A stretch of DNA of 63,118 nucleotides, counting the filler, from Sphacelaria rigidula (lineage: Eukaryota): NCBI GenBank assembly GCA_964200075.2. It is 8 parts of 8 records of this genome, joined end to end, with 100 filler letters (N's around TTAATTAATTAA, not from the genome) between each part and the next. Parts side by side here need not be neighbours in the genome. Positions count along the whole stretch, not along the records: positions 1 to 7,803 come from CAXNAA020013407.1; positions 7,904 to 15,706 come from CAXNAA020013408.1; 6 more parts are not named here. One strand, 5' to 3'. Below, one piece after another: positions 1-13,075 of the stretch. The position numbers were made by a program, and so were the translations under genes. The notes below the pieces were generated by a model. It was not told where the DNA came from and made no database searches. It worked only from the letters and a program-made list of their open reading frames with translations. How positions within the stretch are numbered: the stretch's first letter is position 1; each line of letters opens with the position of its first letter.

Positions 1-296
1 GGTTCATAATCCACAATAACATAATGCATAATATCACCACTTTTTCAGCAACTGATGTTGCAGAATTGGGTGAAATACGTGGCATGTTGAGCTTGTCGCG
101 CGTCGCTCCCTCATGACGGTGAGCGTGAGCTATACGATTGCTGTGTTTGTGTGTGTTTGGATCGTGTTCCGTATGATGTGTGACATGTTCCGTGTTTTGT
201 GGTGCTCCGTTTCCGGGCGCGCTCCTTCGCCCACTGTACTGGCGCCCTCAGCCTACACAGTGCTCATTCATGCTCACATCTCACATCCCCCTTCAA

Positions 297-498
297 CCCT
301 CAGATCGCGAGGTTAGTTTTTTGTTGAATCGGCATCAGTTTCAAGTGAAACAAAGTATGCATAATCCAGAAGGACTCATCTCGCGGTCCAAGGGTTGAAA
401 CCCTCAGACCGCGAGATAAGTCTCTCTGGAATATGCATGCTTTGTTTCACTTGAAATCGATGCCGATTCAACAGAAGACTAAACTCGCGGTCCAAGGG
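297..498. mobile_element. Two ~98-bp piggyBac-type MITEs in inverted tandem (297-394, 401-498)
   Basis: TIRs CCCTYAGACCGCGAG...CTCGCGGTCYAAGGG with degenerate TTAA flanks; family recurs at 3725, 21479, 38214 and 57760. Confidence 0.75.
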
Positions 499-755
499 TT
501 TAACAGTTTGCAGCTTCGAGGAATTTAAAGCCCTAAGACACTTCTGCTGGAAGTTATATCTACATAATATCTAGACTTTACATTTGTGTCGAGTGTGCAC
601 ATCATCTGGCGCAGCGGCCGGAGGTATAGGCAAGAAGGCCACTGGACACCGCCGTCATACGATCCATTTTGTCAATCGTCACATAATAATGCCAACCGCC
701 CGTATTGCGCAACGAGCTCTTCGAAAATTCGAAAAAAAAAGTTGTTTCTTAGTTT

Positions 756-1148
756 CGTCGAAAAACCGACCGAGAAGTGCTCGGTTTCGGTTTCGTTTTT
801 TTTCGGTTGTTATAAAAAACCGACCGAAACCGACCGACTTTTTCGAAAAAGACGAAAAATCGACCGAGCCATTTTCAGCTTCGGTTCTCAACACTGTGCA
901 TCCGGCCCTTAAAAAATGATGAAGCCAGTGATAACCCACGCGTGGGCACGTCGAAAAACCGACCGAGAAGTGCCCGGTTTCGGTTTCGTTTTTTTTTTCG
1001 GTTTTTATAAAAAACCGACCGAAACCGACCGACTTTTTCGAAAAAAAACGAAAAACCGACCGAGCCATTTTCAGCTTCGGTTCTCAAGACTGTGCATCCG
1101 GCCGTTAAAAAATGATGCCGAAGCCAGTGATAACCCACGCGTGGGCAT
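756..1148 (+). repeat. Tandem duplication (~193 and ~200 bp) of a MITE right end plus flank
   Basis: Units 756-948 and 949-1148; AACCGACCGA/TCGGTTTCGGTT subrepeats ending CGGTTCTCAACACTG (hAT-like terminus, inferred). Confidence 0.8.
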
Positions 1149-1325
1149 GTAATCCCAGTAAGTAAAGCTTGGGCTCTGTCTTAGTCAGCGGATGTTGTGG
1201 AGACGCCACGGCGGACATGACAGTAGTACCGATGCTGTAGAGCTCAGCACAACGAAATGAAGAGAATTGCGGTTGCCATGATGTTCCTGTACACGCCAAG
1301 CTCTTCACCCTGCGTTCTCCGCACA

Positions 1326-1663
1326 CGCTACCATTTGGTCACCCCCCAGAATTCCTCCAGAGGGGTCAACTGTTCGAGCCCCCAGAGGAGGTACACGCCC
1401 CTGGAGGGGTGCGCCGCCCTCCAGATGAGTATTGTTTGGTTTCGTCCAGAGGGATAAAACGCCTCCAGAGCATTGTTTTGGCTCCCGAGACATGCGCGGC
1501 CCTTCGGAGGCATTTCACCACCTCCAAATTCTTCCAAAGGGGGGGCGGCCCTTCGAGGGGTACCCCTTGTTTCCCTCATGAGGGATTCAAGGCCTCGGGA
1601 GGCAGGCCAGAGGAGGCCTCGAGTCCCTTTGGAAACATTTTCAGGGTTAGCCAAATGGCCGCG
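1326..1663. mobile_element. Degenerate MITE-like element
   Basis: Imperfect TIR CGCTACCATTTGGTCACCCC / GGGTTAGCCAAATGGCCGCG; internal CCTCCAGAGG subrepeats; no TSD seen. Confidence 0.4.
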
Positions 1664-3724
1664 GGAGCGTGCGACTAGGTACACGATGCGACGCGAGTTT
1701 TCTCGTCATAGCTTGAAGGAGTCCATCATACATGGGGGGCAAGTAAGCGAGCACGGAAGTTCGAGAGGCGGTGTTCTGTAGGGCACGGGTTTCTCTTGTG
1801 GGGTGGGAGATTCCTTACAGAACGTATAGCAATATCTGGTACCGGTATGAAAGCGTTACATAAATTACTAAACTGTCGGGTAGTGGAATGAAAGTCTTGT
1901 CGGGTGAGCTGAATGCCAGGGAGCATACACCGGGTATGCAGAAAGCCGGCCCCCCACAGAATACGACCAACAGTGGATTTTCGAACATGGGGTTGACAAA
2001 AAAAATGAGATTCAACTGAAAACCCGTGCTTTCCCTGAGCGGTGGGTCCATGGGTACGGCTGAAATTTTACTCGTATAACGCACTGTAGACTAATTTCAA
2101 ATAATTTCATGTAAATTATTACCAGGCCCTCTACATCATATAACGCATTAGATGACGCAAACGTAATTTCAGGATAGACTCCGTCACACTTGTGTTCACC
2201 GGCCTTTTGCAGCCCGCAGCCGCAGTACAGGACGGTGCTGCGGGAGAGACGGCATCCAGGACGACAATGGCCTCACAAGGGGTGCCTCGTCTTTCTGTAT
2301 CTGGGTTGGTGTACCCATCATTCGCTATGAACATCACGATGCCTGCGGTATGGTTGCGGTGGCCGGGGTCGGCGTTGCAGTTTTCATTCGCGCTTAGCTT
2401 GCTTCTGTGCCCTGCACGGCTTTGGATACGGAACATGAGATAGGGCAGTGCTGTCGTCGTTGTGCGATGGTTCATGCTGCTGGCTCCCTTTTGTTGGCCG
2501 TCGTGCTCTTGTTCTGGATGGCTCGTGTTGATCGATGCCGTACAGACAGTATTCATGCGATACACACCGCCTGGCCAGGGTTGGAGCATCTTGCGGCAAA
2601 GATACAGTTATGGGCGGGCCTGAACCCCCTAAAATGAGCCAAAAAAGTGTCACTGACAAAAGCACGAATAGACCGGACATCTCGTTCATCCCCCGATCAT
2701 GCACGCCGTAAAATCCCGACAAGTACTTGTGATTTTAGTGGGGTTTTCACTCGACGATTTTCCATTCTCGTTGTTCCGGGCTACGAACCACGGCGTACCT
2801 GGGCTACTCACCAGCGTGTATTTGTCCAAGCTACAATCTGGGAAGATTGTGGAACCAAAGAAGTTGTGGTGATCGAGAACATCGCAAAAAACTCCGGAAG
2901 AGACTGATTTCCCGTCACATGTGGGTACAATTATCTAAGACAAGGGTAAAATTGGGAAAAAAGTAGTCCCAGCAGGGTACACCGTGGCCGTCTACCGCCG
3001 CCGCGGGGTTAAAATGATCGTTGGCCAATCAGCTGTGCTCATTTCTCCTCCAAACAATGAGGATACCCAGGTTTGTCGCTCATGCACCATGGTATACCCT
3101 ACTGTGACGTTTGCCCAAATTTCGCTTCATCTGTTATAAAACTCGAATCCCGATGAGACAAAAAATTGTTGACCGAGTTTGTAGCTGCCTTCTTGGAGCA
3201 AATGATGCAAAAAATCTCATCCCAATCGATGGCCTTGATGAGTAATTGGGGCAACCGTTTGGGCCACGGGCGCAAACAAGCACCTCCAACCCTCGCCGTT
3301 TTTAACGACATGCGAACACGTCACCCCTCTCCGACGGCCTCAGAATAGATTTCACTCATGCATGACTCTTGATGCTGCAGATGGTTGATACATCACATGT
3401 GTGGAATATTCGGCAGGTAGGTGTAGAATTGGCTCCCGAGTGTGCGGATAAATACCCCCACATCTGTGCATCGCTCGCGATAGTGGCAAGAGTAGCGCTT
3501 GTTCTCCTGCACCCGGTGCCATCACCACGCCAAAGTCGATAGCGTAGCTTTGTATCTTATCTCACCTGGCGGCAAGTGTGGACAAACTCTGAACTGACGG
3601 GAGAAAAGAAAGCCACAGAGAATGATCAAGGCACAGCTCCGATGAAAAGTCCGGATTTCGGTGTTCGTAATCATGGCAAGATGGATCAACTTATCCTCCC
3701 CAATGGTCAACTAGACTGCGTTAA

Positions 3725-3924
3725 CCGTTAGACCGCGAGGTGAGTCTTCTGTTGAATAGGCATCATTTCCAAGTGAAACAAGGTATGCATGATCCAGATA
3801 AGGCTACCCTCGCGGTCTAGGGGTTCACCTTTAGTCGCGAGGTTAGTCTTCTGTTGAATCGGCATCCATTTCGAGTGAAAAAAAGTATGCATGATCCGGG
3901 AAGACTCATCTCGCGGTCCAAGGG
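3725..3924. mobile_element. Two piggyBac-type MITEs in direct tandem (3725-3823, 3828-3924)
   Basis: TTAA|CC..GGG|TTCA|CC..AGGG|TTGA; homologous to 297-498. Confidence 0.75.
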
Positions 3925-4267
3925 TTGAGGGGACAGAAGACAGCATGAAGTCGTAAGTCCATTTTTGCTGAAGCCACATGGGACCGGAGACCCATTCATG
4001 TCTTTCAGTGTACCAACCCGTTCAATGACACGCGTCCGTTGAATCGGTAGTGGTGGGTGACGCCTGACGGGTTTGTTTTCATCCCCTCTTGGAACACGAT
4101 ATCTTGGCAGTCCGATGAAAATCGTGCATGTTCATGAAATGAAAAGGCATATCCACGGAACAACAAATACACTTGCACAGGGCGAGTCGTTCATCCGCTA
4201 AAATTGTAGAACGATGGACATGAAGTCGACCAACATCCGCCCAGTCTACATGACACACCCGGCGACT

Positions 4268-4770
4268 GTACTCCACTCGTCTGTGCAAGGGCCGTTCTCG
4301 TCGTAGTTAATCAGTACGTATGATTCTGTCCCATTTTGAGCATATGGTTATGTAAAAATAAATGATTCAGCGTTCCCGGTTGAGGCGTTGGGCTACCAAC
4401 AATTATGATTTGTATTACATGGTTTGAATGTGTACAACAAGAATCGGATTTCAAGTAGCACCCACAGTCCCGTGGGATCCTCGTATGAGCAGAGCGTGTT
4501 TTCGTTGAAATCGGCCGTACTCCACTCGTCTGTGCAAGGGCCGTCCTCGTGGTAGTTCATCAGTACATATGATTCTGTCCCATATTGAGCATATGGTTAT
4601 GTAAAAATAAATGGTTCAGCGTTCCCGTTTCAGGCGTTGGGCTACCAGTAATTATGGTTTATATTGCTTCGTTCGAATCTGTAAAGCAAGAATCGGATTT
4701 CAAGTACTGTAGCGCTGATAGTCCCCTGGGCTCCTCGTATGAACAGAGCGTGTTTTTGTTGAAATCGGCC
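4268..4770 (+). repeat. Diverged ~250-bp tandem duplication
   Basis: Units 4268-4516 and 4517-4770 both run GTACTCCACTCGTCTGTGCAAGGGCCG ... GTTGAAATCGGCC. Confidence 0.9.
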
Positions 4771-5587
4771 GCACAGGCGCAGATTTGGGGTACACGAAAC
4801 CCTCACTTTGTTTAGAGAATGTATGTACCGCCCTTGCCCGAGGTTTCTCGGTGTGCGTTGGGTCGGATCAGCCCAACTAGCCTCCTGGCATTCCAGCTCA
4901 TCACAAGCATGGACGAAAGGCTACGCAGTGGCATCCAGCATATATGAAACAAGTACGGAAGTACCGGTAGGGTTCTTTACATGAATTTTGGATACGTGTT
5001 CTCTTGCTATGACGTTAGGCATATTTTACCCAACGAGCCTGAATAAGCCCCAAAATTCGTTATGTTCTTGTATTTGCGTGCTTTTGGTCGGAAACACTTC
5101 TTTTGCCCAGTTTGGGGGGTCAGGCGCGCCCGCAACAGTTGGTACATCGATGGAAATTGTTGAGAGATGCAATGGCGAAGACGACCAAGCACCCTACGCA
5201 CGGGATATCAGACAGCCAACGCAAATATGTATATCTCTTGCTTGTGCGACCCCGTGTGCTAGAACACCGCCCATCTTCAAAGGTATACCGTGCAAGCTTG
5301 TTTCATGATGACATGGTGCTCGTGAAAATATCATCGATATAATGAGCTGTTATGGGATGTAGTCAGCTGGCGGAGAGAAATGAAGCCCAGACCAGACCTG
5401 GACAGGAACAAAAAATAAAACACTTCAATATTTTTGACCTCCCTGCGGTACATGGGGCCGAAGTTGCGCAGGTGTGTCCACCAGCATCTAAATCCCGGCT
5501 TGAATCCGTGCGAGAATCATGGAAAACAACGAAAACATCGGTGATCACGGTGTAATTATTATATAGCGACCCGTACTCATAAACTCG

Positions 5588-5879
5588 GTGCCCTTTCCCT
5601 GACCTATTTTCATGAATGACTTTCATGTGGACGACCTCATCCCTCCCGACCCCCCAAAACTATTTCGTTCCCCCAAAGGGCATGTGCGGAAGCACGACTT
5701 TTGGGCCACAAGGCGTGTCCCTCTTTTACCCCGAAATCAAGCCAAAAGTGTGCTTACGCACATATCCATTGAGAAAACGGAAGGCTAGGAATCCCCCGAA
5801 ATAGTTCTAGGGCGGTCGGGAGGGACGGGGTCTTCCGTATGAAAGTCATCTCGTCATGAATTTAGGTCAGGGAAAGCAC
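5588..5879. mobile_element. MITE-like element with ~65-bp imperfect TIRs
   Basis: CTTTCCCTGACCTATTTTCATGA..CCCTCCCGACC pairs with GGTCGGGAGGG..TCATGAATTTAGGTCAGGGAAAG. Confidence 0.65.
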
Positions 5880-7803
5880 GGCTTGTGAGTTGAACCTCAT
5901 TCTCTTTTCAACCTGGAAAGGATATAATCAGTACGAGACCCAGATGACTAATCCTGGTGGTCAAAAGATGAAACTGGAGCATAATGTGACGGACGCGCCC
6001 TGGGGGGGACACATGCCTCTTCTGTTGTTTGGTCGAGTTGAAATTCACTGATTTCCACGAAGATCATGCCGAGGCAACATATGACTCTCGCTAGGGGGGG
6101 CACGTTCTCGATATCGCCCAAGAAACGAAGCTGAGGCTTGGTCTCAGTGGGTGGATGCTGCAGGGACGGCACGGTGCACATGACGGTACCGATAGACTCG
6201 GACACAGTAACAAGACAAGAACAATTTAGTCGGTATGGTGTTGTCTGTGTGCGAACACGCCACACTCTCAAACTTGGCTTCTTCGTGCTGCCGGGTACAC
6301 AAAGCGACAGCTCTTTTGTTTTGATAATTTGAAGGGTTTTACATACACGACTGGAAGCAAGCGAGCGTAGAATTTTGAGCTTCGATATTTCAAACAGAAG
6401 AGAGCACGCTCTTCCATCCTCGACTTGGCAGTGGAGGGTCACGCAGACGACAACGACGTTGCCCACGTGATGAGAGTGAGGGAAGGTTGAAGTTTGCTGT
6501 GTGTTGAACTGCGGACTTGGAGACCATCACGGTTAGGACGAATCATCACCACCACCAATAACCAAATCCACGATTTCTTCGGCCTGATTGCCTCGAAGGG
6601 AGAAAAAAGTTGACCGCTGTTCCGAGGGGTTTTCACGCAACTTCTGCGCCATTCCACGTGTCTGGGCTGCGGGTACCTGGGTTGCAACGCTGGAAACAAA
6701 GCCTGGGGATTGATGGATCAATTATACTACAACCAAGTGATGTCCACACGGACCATCATCTGTCCGACCCTTGGAAACCATACTGTGTACAGTTCTGACT
6801 GTTGTTTTCGTTCGTTTCGCGAAGACAGCTGGAATCTCTCCGACGACCGGAACCGGTCCAAAATACCATGTATGCGCGAACTGATAGTGGCAGCAAATAA
6901 AGCGCTCATGGGACCTGAAGCGTGGACAACCTGTACCTGGACTGCATGAGTTTTCGCGACTCCATACCGCCGGTCAAGACGACCGCACGACCGATTCACT
7001 ACTGTTGTCCTACAGTCAGGATGAACCGAAACGCCTCAATGATCAGTGATTCGCCGTGTTTTGCACCAGGTCGGGTGCCTTTTTTGTGGGGGAATCCGAT
7101 GATTTGGAAACACGTGTTCGCAGGCTCAGTACTTTCGGAAATGGGCAAGTGCAGTCATGTCATGACTTAAGAGGTACTTGTCTCACCTCTCCTGGTATTG
7201 TGATGGCCGCTGATGTCTTTGAGTCGCCTTCCCCCACACGCTATTTTGTAACAGGCAGACCGGAAGGTGTCAATGGTGGTTGTGGGAACAGTGGGTTTGC
7301 CTGGCTGGTGTCGTGTGCAATCTCGACAATTGTGCCACGCGTAGCTCTGTCATTTTCGCTACGAGTATTGTACTGATTTTCGAACGAACCTCGAACGAAC
7401 GCCTCCGTATTGTTTTGATGGTGAGACGGACCACGCAACGGATCTTTTGTTCAGGAAGCGAACAGTCTTGGACAAAAGACAGACCGCACACCAATCAAGC
7501 TCACAGAATGGCCTTGTGATGTGATGTACAGTCAAGCTTACAGAATGGCCTCGATGGTGTTGTGTGCGTTAACCTTGAGCCCGAAGCAAACACATTGCTC
7601 CGACATCCGAGGAAACTTCCACGTGACAAGAAGTTTTCTATGGACAGGACCCGTGGGATGGTTCAGTGGGTTGTCCAGACCACAGGGTATGACTCTAAGG
7701 GCCTGTCTTAACCCTTTGACAACCACCCCCCCGCAGGAAGACTGGATAAGACTATCCACATTTGGGGTTCGGAATCATTCCTTTGTCACAACACAAAACG
7801 CCT

Positions 7804-7903
7804 NNNNNNNNNNNNNNNNNNNNNNNNNNNNNNNNNNNNNNNNNNNNTTAATTAATTAANNNNNNNNNNNNNNNNNNNNNNNNNNNNNNNNNNNNNNNNN
7901 NNN
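7804..7903. other. Artificial contig spacer
   Basis: 44N+TTAATTAATTAA+44N; six-frame stop linker recurring about every 7.9 kb. Confidence 0.98.
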
Positions 7904-7940
7904 GGTCAAGTTTTGGCCAAAAACACCTCAAATTGTGCGC

Positions 7941-8189
7941 GACACTTTCTACGATAGCCCCCCCCAGAAAAGTGCATGGTTTTTGGAGGCAAAATCTTCA
8001 GGTAAATCGAAGTGGGAAGAGCCGAGCACAACGAGCAGCTGGGAATTCCCACGCTTGATCTCGTTCTCGCCAGTGTTGCTAATATGAGGCGCTTCATACA
8101 GCCTAAACCCAAACATCAGGCGCGTTATGGCCATCTTTTTCGTGACACTTTTGGGCTGGTTTTGGGGGGGGGCTATCGTAGAAAGTGTC
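7941..8189. mobile_element. ~250-bp MITE, GAC..GTC family
   Basis: TIR GACACTTTCTACGATAGCCCCCCC at both ends; GCGC on both flanks; inverted homolog at 57808-58069. Confidence 0.85.
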
Positions 8190-8224
8190 GCGCGGCATCG
8201 CACTTCTCGTGTAACACGGCCGCG

Positions 8225-8445
8225 CTCCTTCAATTCAAGTGATACAGGAGAGTCCAATTATCGAGGTCATGAGTTCGAATCCCGACATATTATCTTTTTT
8301 TTTCGTCCGTCGTTATTTAGGTCATATATTTGCAGTGCATTTTTCTTCATTTTTTTCCTTCATTCAGCGGCGGTGCCTTGTGTGACTAGGTTGGTCTGCA
8401 CTTCACAGCGATATGCTCAAGTCGCGCTGATTTGGAAAACTTGAG
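8225..8445 (+). mobile_element. Degenerate tRNA-derived SINE-like repeat (family 2)
   Basis: B-box-like GTTCGAATCCCGACA and AGGTTGGTCTGC..TTCACAGCGATA shared with the minus-strand copy at ~58850-59100; ends approximate. Confidence 0.55.
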
Positions 8446-9629
8446 AAGTTGTGGCGTGGAAAGCGTATGCGGGATTCACTGCTGGCTCAGCTCGTAGACC
8501 CCTGGATTTTATGCGGCTCGTGAAACAGAAAATGACGATTCGCATATGTATATACTTCAATACAATAAAGTCTGCTATCAATACTACTTCGCCGAAATTT
8601 GTCCCATGGGTGCGTCGAGCCCGATATCGGATGCATGCTACAGTGTTCGGTACAAGCTCAAGATGCTGCCAATCGCCATGGGGCAAAGCTTTTCAGCCGC
8701 GGACTCGGTTGGAGTTCACGCGATGCGCGCACTGTATACCTAGCTAGTTTGGTGAGCCCCTACCGTTCGGATCACAAGCAGGTTTTTCCGTTATATAATA
8801 CTGTACTGTACTACTCGTACAAGCTGGGTGCACACACCTGAATTGCGCAAACATGCATGTATGCGCATAGATTGCGGTCAACGCTGCGCTCCAGCTGCTC
8901 TCATCCCACCATCACCGCTGGGGAGAAATTCGCCGGAGAGCACTAGCTGCATACAGCGGCTTGGCTTACCCTCACAGCTAGGCCGAAAGAATGCTCATCT
9001 TGCCCAGAGGCAAGCCTTTGGAGAGCTTCTGCACAACTGAGGGGTAGGTCATCTTCCACGCAATAGATCCTACAAGATGATTCGTATTTTATATCTGAGA
9101 GTGCAGTGTTTCTGTAGAGTTGTGCGTTTTTTCCGTCCTGTAACATTATAAATTTTGTGCTGAACATTGTTACGAAAAGAAGCTTCGGAGCCCATTCAGT
9201 CAAGGCTTCGTAACGTGTTGTTTTGTATGCAATCGACAAGTACAACAGTACATTTACTAGGCAGCATTGTGAGTATCCGGTACTATTCCGGATATCTCGC
9301 TCTAAAGCGGGAAATCGTATCCAGCACACCTCCCCATGTTTGTCGTCCTTGGGGTTTTCTGGACTGTCTTGCCTACAAGTTGCACCTCTATGACACCATC
9401 TTCTGTCTACACTCCTGGCGCTGAATATCTACTCGCTTGGCTTCACTGCCACTGGCGTCAGCCTTCGCAACCATGCGCCAAGAAAACGTCCACGGACATT
9501 TTTGAACAAACGTGTGTATTGTAGCTGGTTGCGACATGTCACCTCCTAAAACCCGAGATGCCTCATCCGTTGGTTTGATTTAGACCGACTCTAATGGAAG
9601 CTGTTCAAAAATTCAGTGTCGAAACAGTA

Positions 9630-10270
9630 CCCTGCCGGTATCGGTGCTTACCAAGGGTATCGAAAGATTACCCTATCAAGGTGAGCCTTGGCACAAGGCA
9701 CCGAAACATTACCCTGTCGAGGTGGTCCATTGACAAGGTGGGGAACATTACCTTGCCAAAGTGGATGCTTGCCCAGGGTATGGGAACACCACCCTATCAA
9801 GCTCTACCCTCCCGCAAGGTATTGAAACACTACGCTGTATAAGGTATTGGAATGTACAAGGTGTCTTAACATTACCTTGCCAAAGTGGATGCTTGCCCAG
9901 GGTATGGTAATATCGCCCTGTCAAGGGCGACCCTTCCGCAAGGTAATGAAACACTACCCTGTATAAGGTCTCGAAATGTACAAGGTATCGTAACATTACC
10001 TTGCCAAGGTGGATGCTTGCCCAGGGTATGGTGACAGCACCCTGTCAAGATCGACCCTTCCGCGAGGTGTTGAAACACTACCCTGTAAAAGGTCTCGAAA
10101 TGCACAGGGTATCACCGTCAAACCCTGTCAAGGTGTTTAAACCGACAAGGTCCTGTCATGCCACCCTGGCAAGGTTAATTGCCCTGTACAAGGTCACTAC
10201 AGGGTCTCCACAGGGTGTTTGTCCTGACAGAGTCACCACAGGAGGTAGCCGAATGTCCACCTGTGCAGGG
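9630..10270. mobile_element. Non-autonomous CMC/EnSpm-like DNA transposon with three 124-bp internal tandem units
   Basis: TA|CCCTGC...GCAGGG|TA; units start at 9745, 9869, 9993; dense ACCYTG/CARGGT subrepeats. Confidence 0.6.
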
Positions 10271-12508
10271 TAGAGAGCAAGGCAAGCCGGTAACTGATTA
10301 AGATGGGTCAACGCCCTGTGGCGAAGCCCGAACAATCCCAACTAATGATAATAGCAAACGCAATAACAACGCGTCACGGACCTAAGGGTCTACGAGCAGA
10401 CCCGCACAGCGTATATCTTGCAACGCCTCCGAGCTTCATCACACTAGCCCATCCTAGACGAGTCCTTATGCAGTTGACTCATCACCTCGGCACAATGTCA
10501 TTGCGCCGAGAAACTTCAAAAATCAACGAGAAAGGGCTCTTCTACACTACACTCGTACAAAAGCATGAAGCGAAGAAAAGCATAATCCCTCTCCCACACC
10601 TCTCAAAGGCGAGCATCGCTGCGATCCGACACAGCATCAAATGTTCAGTCCACAAAATGAAATATGTGGTATCTACGTGACCCTCACGCACTTATGTTGA
10701 ACAAGACAGCACACACGTAAGTCTATCTACAAAGCAAAGCACTGAATGGTACTCACGCGTAGATTTGATCTACCAACGGAACAAGGATGGAATGCCAGAC
10801 AATCCGGGAAGAGGGGAGGAAAAACGCAGTTGCGGCATAGCTTCGCGGCAACTGCTCTGGTCTGACGCAGATCCAAGTGAGCTCCACGTCTTTGTTCGAC
10901 TCCCCGCCCCCGACACATCCGTCGCGTATAGCGAAAGTAGAACCCCGCTCGTTTCCGTGGCAGGGCGTTTGAAGTATCAAACCTGCCTTGAAAAAGACGT
11001 GCAGCGTGAAGTACAAATGCGATGGTGGGGAACTACGCAGCAACAGGGAGATAAAAGCGAGGATGCAGCCGAAGTTCAGGTTTGGTGTGCCCGAAGTGCG
11101 AAATTCAAAATCCTGCGGTAGTGGGCACGAGCCCATCCAAGACGACACTCAGTGTAAAAAGCCAAGGGTCATTGGTGAGAACTTTTCGTTAAGCCCGGCG
11201 GATCAACTATCGCGTGTTATGAACAAAACTTAATGTCAATAAAAATAAAAATATATCGTCAGGGCGCAATCACCAACTCAAAGCAATCGTCCGGTGGAGA
11301 TACGGCCTACAACAAGGGCGGTATGATTGGTCATTCCCGGGGGAACACTGGACCATGAGCAACGTAACGACACAAGAGGACACACCCGTGTCGCCAGCTG
11401 ACCAGGCTGCGCCACGGAATAGCGGAAAATAAACAAGCGAAGACATTCAGATGATTTGCCGCGATGCAATAACTCACTTCAACCTGAAACAGTTGTCGGG
11501 CATCAATACGGCCTACAACGAGGGCGGTATCATTAGCAGTACACGGTGTAACCAAGGACCCGTGCAACAAGACGATGTAAGGGAATACTCCCGTGCGGCG
11601 AGCTCTCTTGGCTGGCGGCGAAGGGTTGAGCAGTGAAAACAACAAACACATTCATAGAAAGTCATCAAAATTCTGAACATGTAGGAGGCTGGACTAAATC
11701 TATAGTCCTCTCTCATCGCGTAAAGAAACCTCGAAGACAAAAATATATATATATAAAACTGGATGCTCAGGGGACACGGACAGAGATGCGACAGCGACAA
11801 GAAATGTGACTACGGGTACTAGAAACGCAGACAACAAGAAGGCGAACTCAGCACAATGAAACACGACACCAAGTGCTTTTGGCTGTCGTGAGTGTCCCGG
11901 ACCTAGTGACTACGTTAAGCTATGATTCCTCGAGTGAGGTGCCACCGCAAGGATTGCCTTAGTGTGTCCCATTCGGGAGTATAGTACATTCTCGTCAGAT
12001 GCGTGTCATAGTCGACTCCGAACGTTGTTTCGGTCATTGCTTTAGTGAATTTTGATTGGGATGATAGTATTGAGTTCCCGATGTGCGAAATTAGGGAGGG
12101 TGTTTATCATGTGTAGTCTCAGTCATCCGTTTTGGGGTGGTGATATTGTTCCGAGAGTGCAGGAAAAGGGTACAGAAAATGGAGAGCCATATATCCGTTC
12201 CTGGAATGCTGTCCTTTGAAGGTACAAGACAAGGTGCAGGACGGCTGCACGTTGGAGGGGTGATCTCCTTGATTAGAGAACAAATAGATCGACAGCTGCG
12301 CCCGTCGTTTTACTTCTCCACCCTGGGTCCGTGGGTGCTTTCTCTCCATTTGTGCTGCTACGCTGGGTGTCATCGGGAAAGATAAAGCTAAACTACTTTG
12401 TTCTGAGTGACTACCGGCTCGGCGGTAGGTGCTGAGCGAGTCATCTATCACGTACCGATCACACAGTCAGTGCCGTTTGGACCAGCGTGCCTGAAGCTCA
12501 CTTCAAAC

Positions 12509-13075
12509 AAAGTAGACGAGGACGAGCACCTGAAGATATACGGCGGGTTGAGAGAGTAGGTAAGGACGAAAGCATACTTGTATGGCCCAAAGGGCTCCGC
12601 AGGAAAGTTGAGACTGTGATTTTGGGTGAGGGTCCGGAACGTGCCGGAAAGAAGGAGATATACCAGTAGCCGAGTAGGGGAGGAAGTAGATGCACCGGGT
12701 TTCCCCTGCAGTGAAGGAATAGAGAGTAGGGCTCAGCAATATGGCAGAATGTGACCTATACAAGGAGGAACGGGACGTGCCTGGTGGGGGAATGGGGGAA
12801 GTGAACGAAGGTGGCATGGGATCGTCTGGTGCACCTATCAGTAGGAAGGAAACGAGAGCTATACTATAAGATCGATGGTGGCCACAGACGACGAAACTGG
12901 ACGGGGATACGATGACACATCAAACGTTGCCGTGAATATATATGGAAGAAGCCTCGTGCGTACCCAGATGTTGTGAGTGTCTCCACCAGAAACAGGAACG
13001 GTGCCCCGTCTCGAAAGAGATGGGTAGCCAACGGCCACACGACTAGGGCAAGCAACACATGAAAACGCCCCCTTC
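12509..13075 (+). mobile_element. Decayed LINE 3' fragment (family A)
   Basis: Collinear with the reverse complement of 60275-60870. Confidence 0.7.

Noticed and set aside
2966..3108. Small CMC-like MITE
   Set aside because: Only a ~20-bp imperfect inverted repeat; no TSD and no second copy.
7848..7859. Periodic TTAATTAATTAA as a biological repeat
   Set aside because: Always centred in 44N+44N; artificial linker.
9745..10120. CRISPR-like array
   Set aside because: Whole 124-bp units repeat; no unique spacers and no cas genes.
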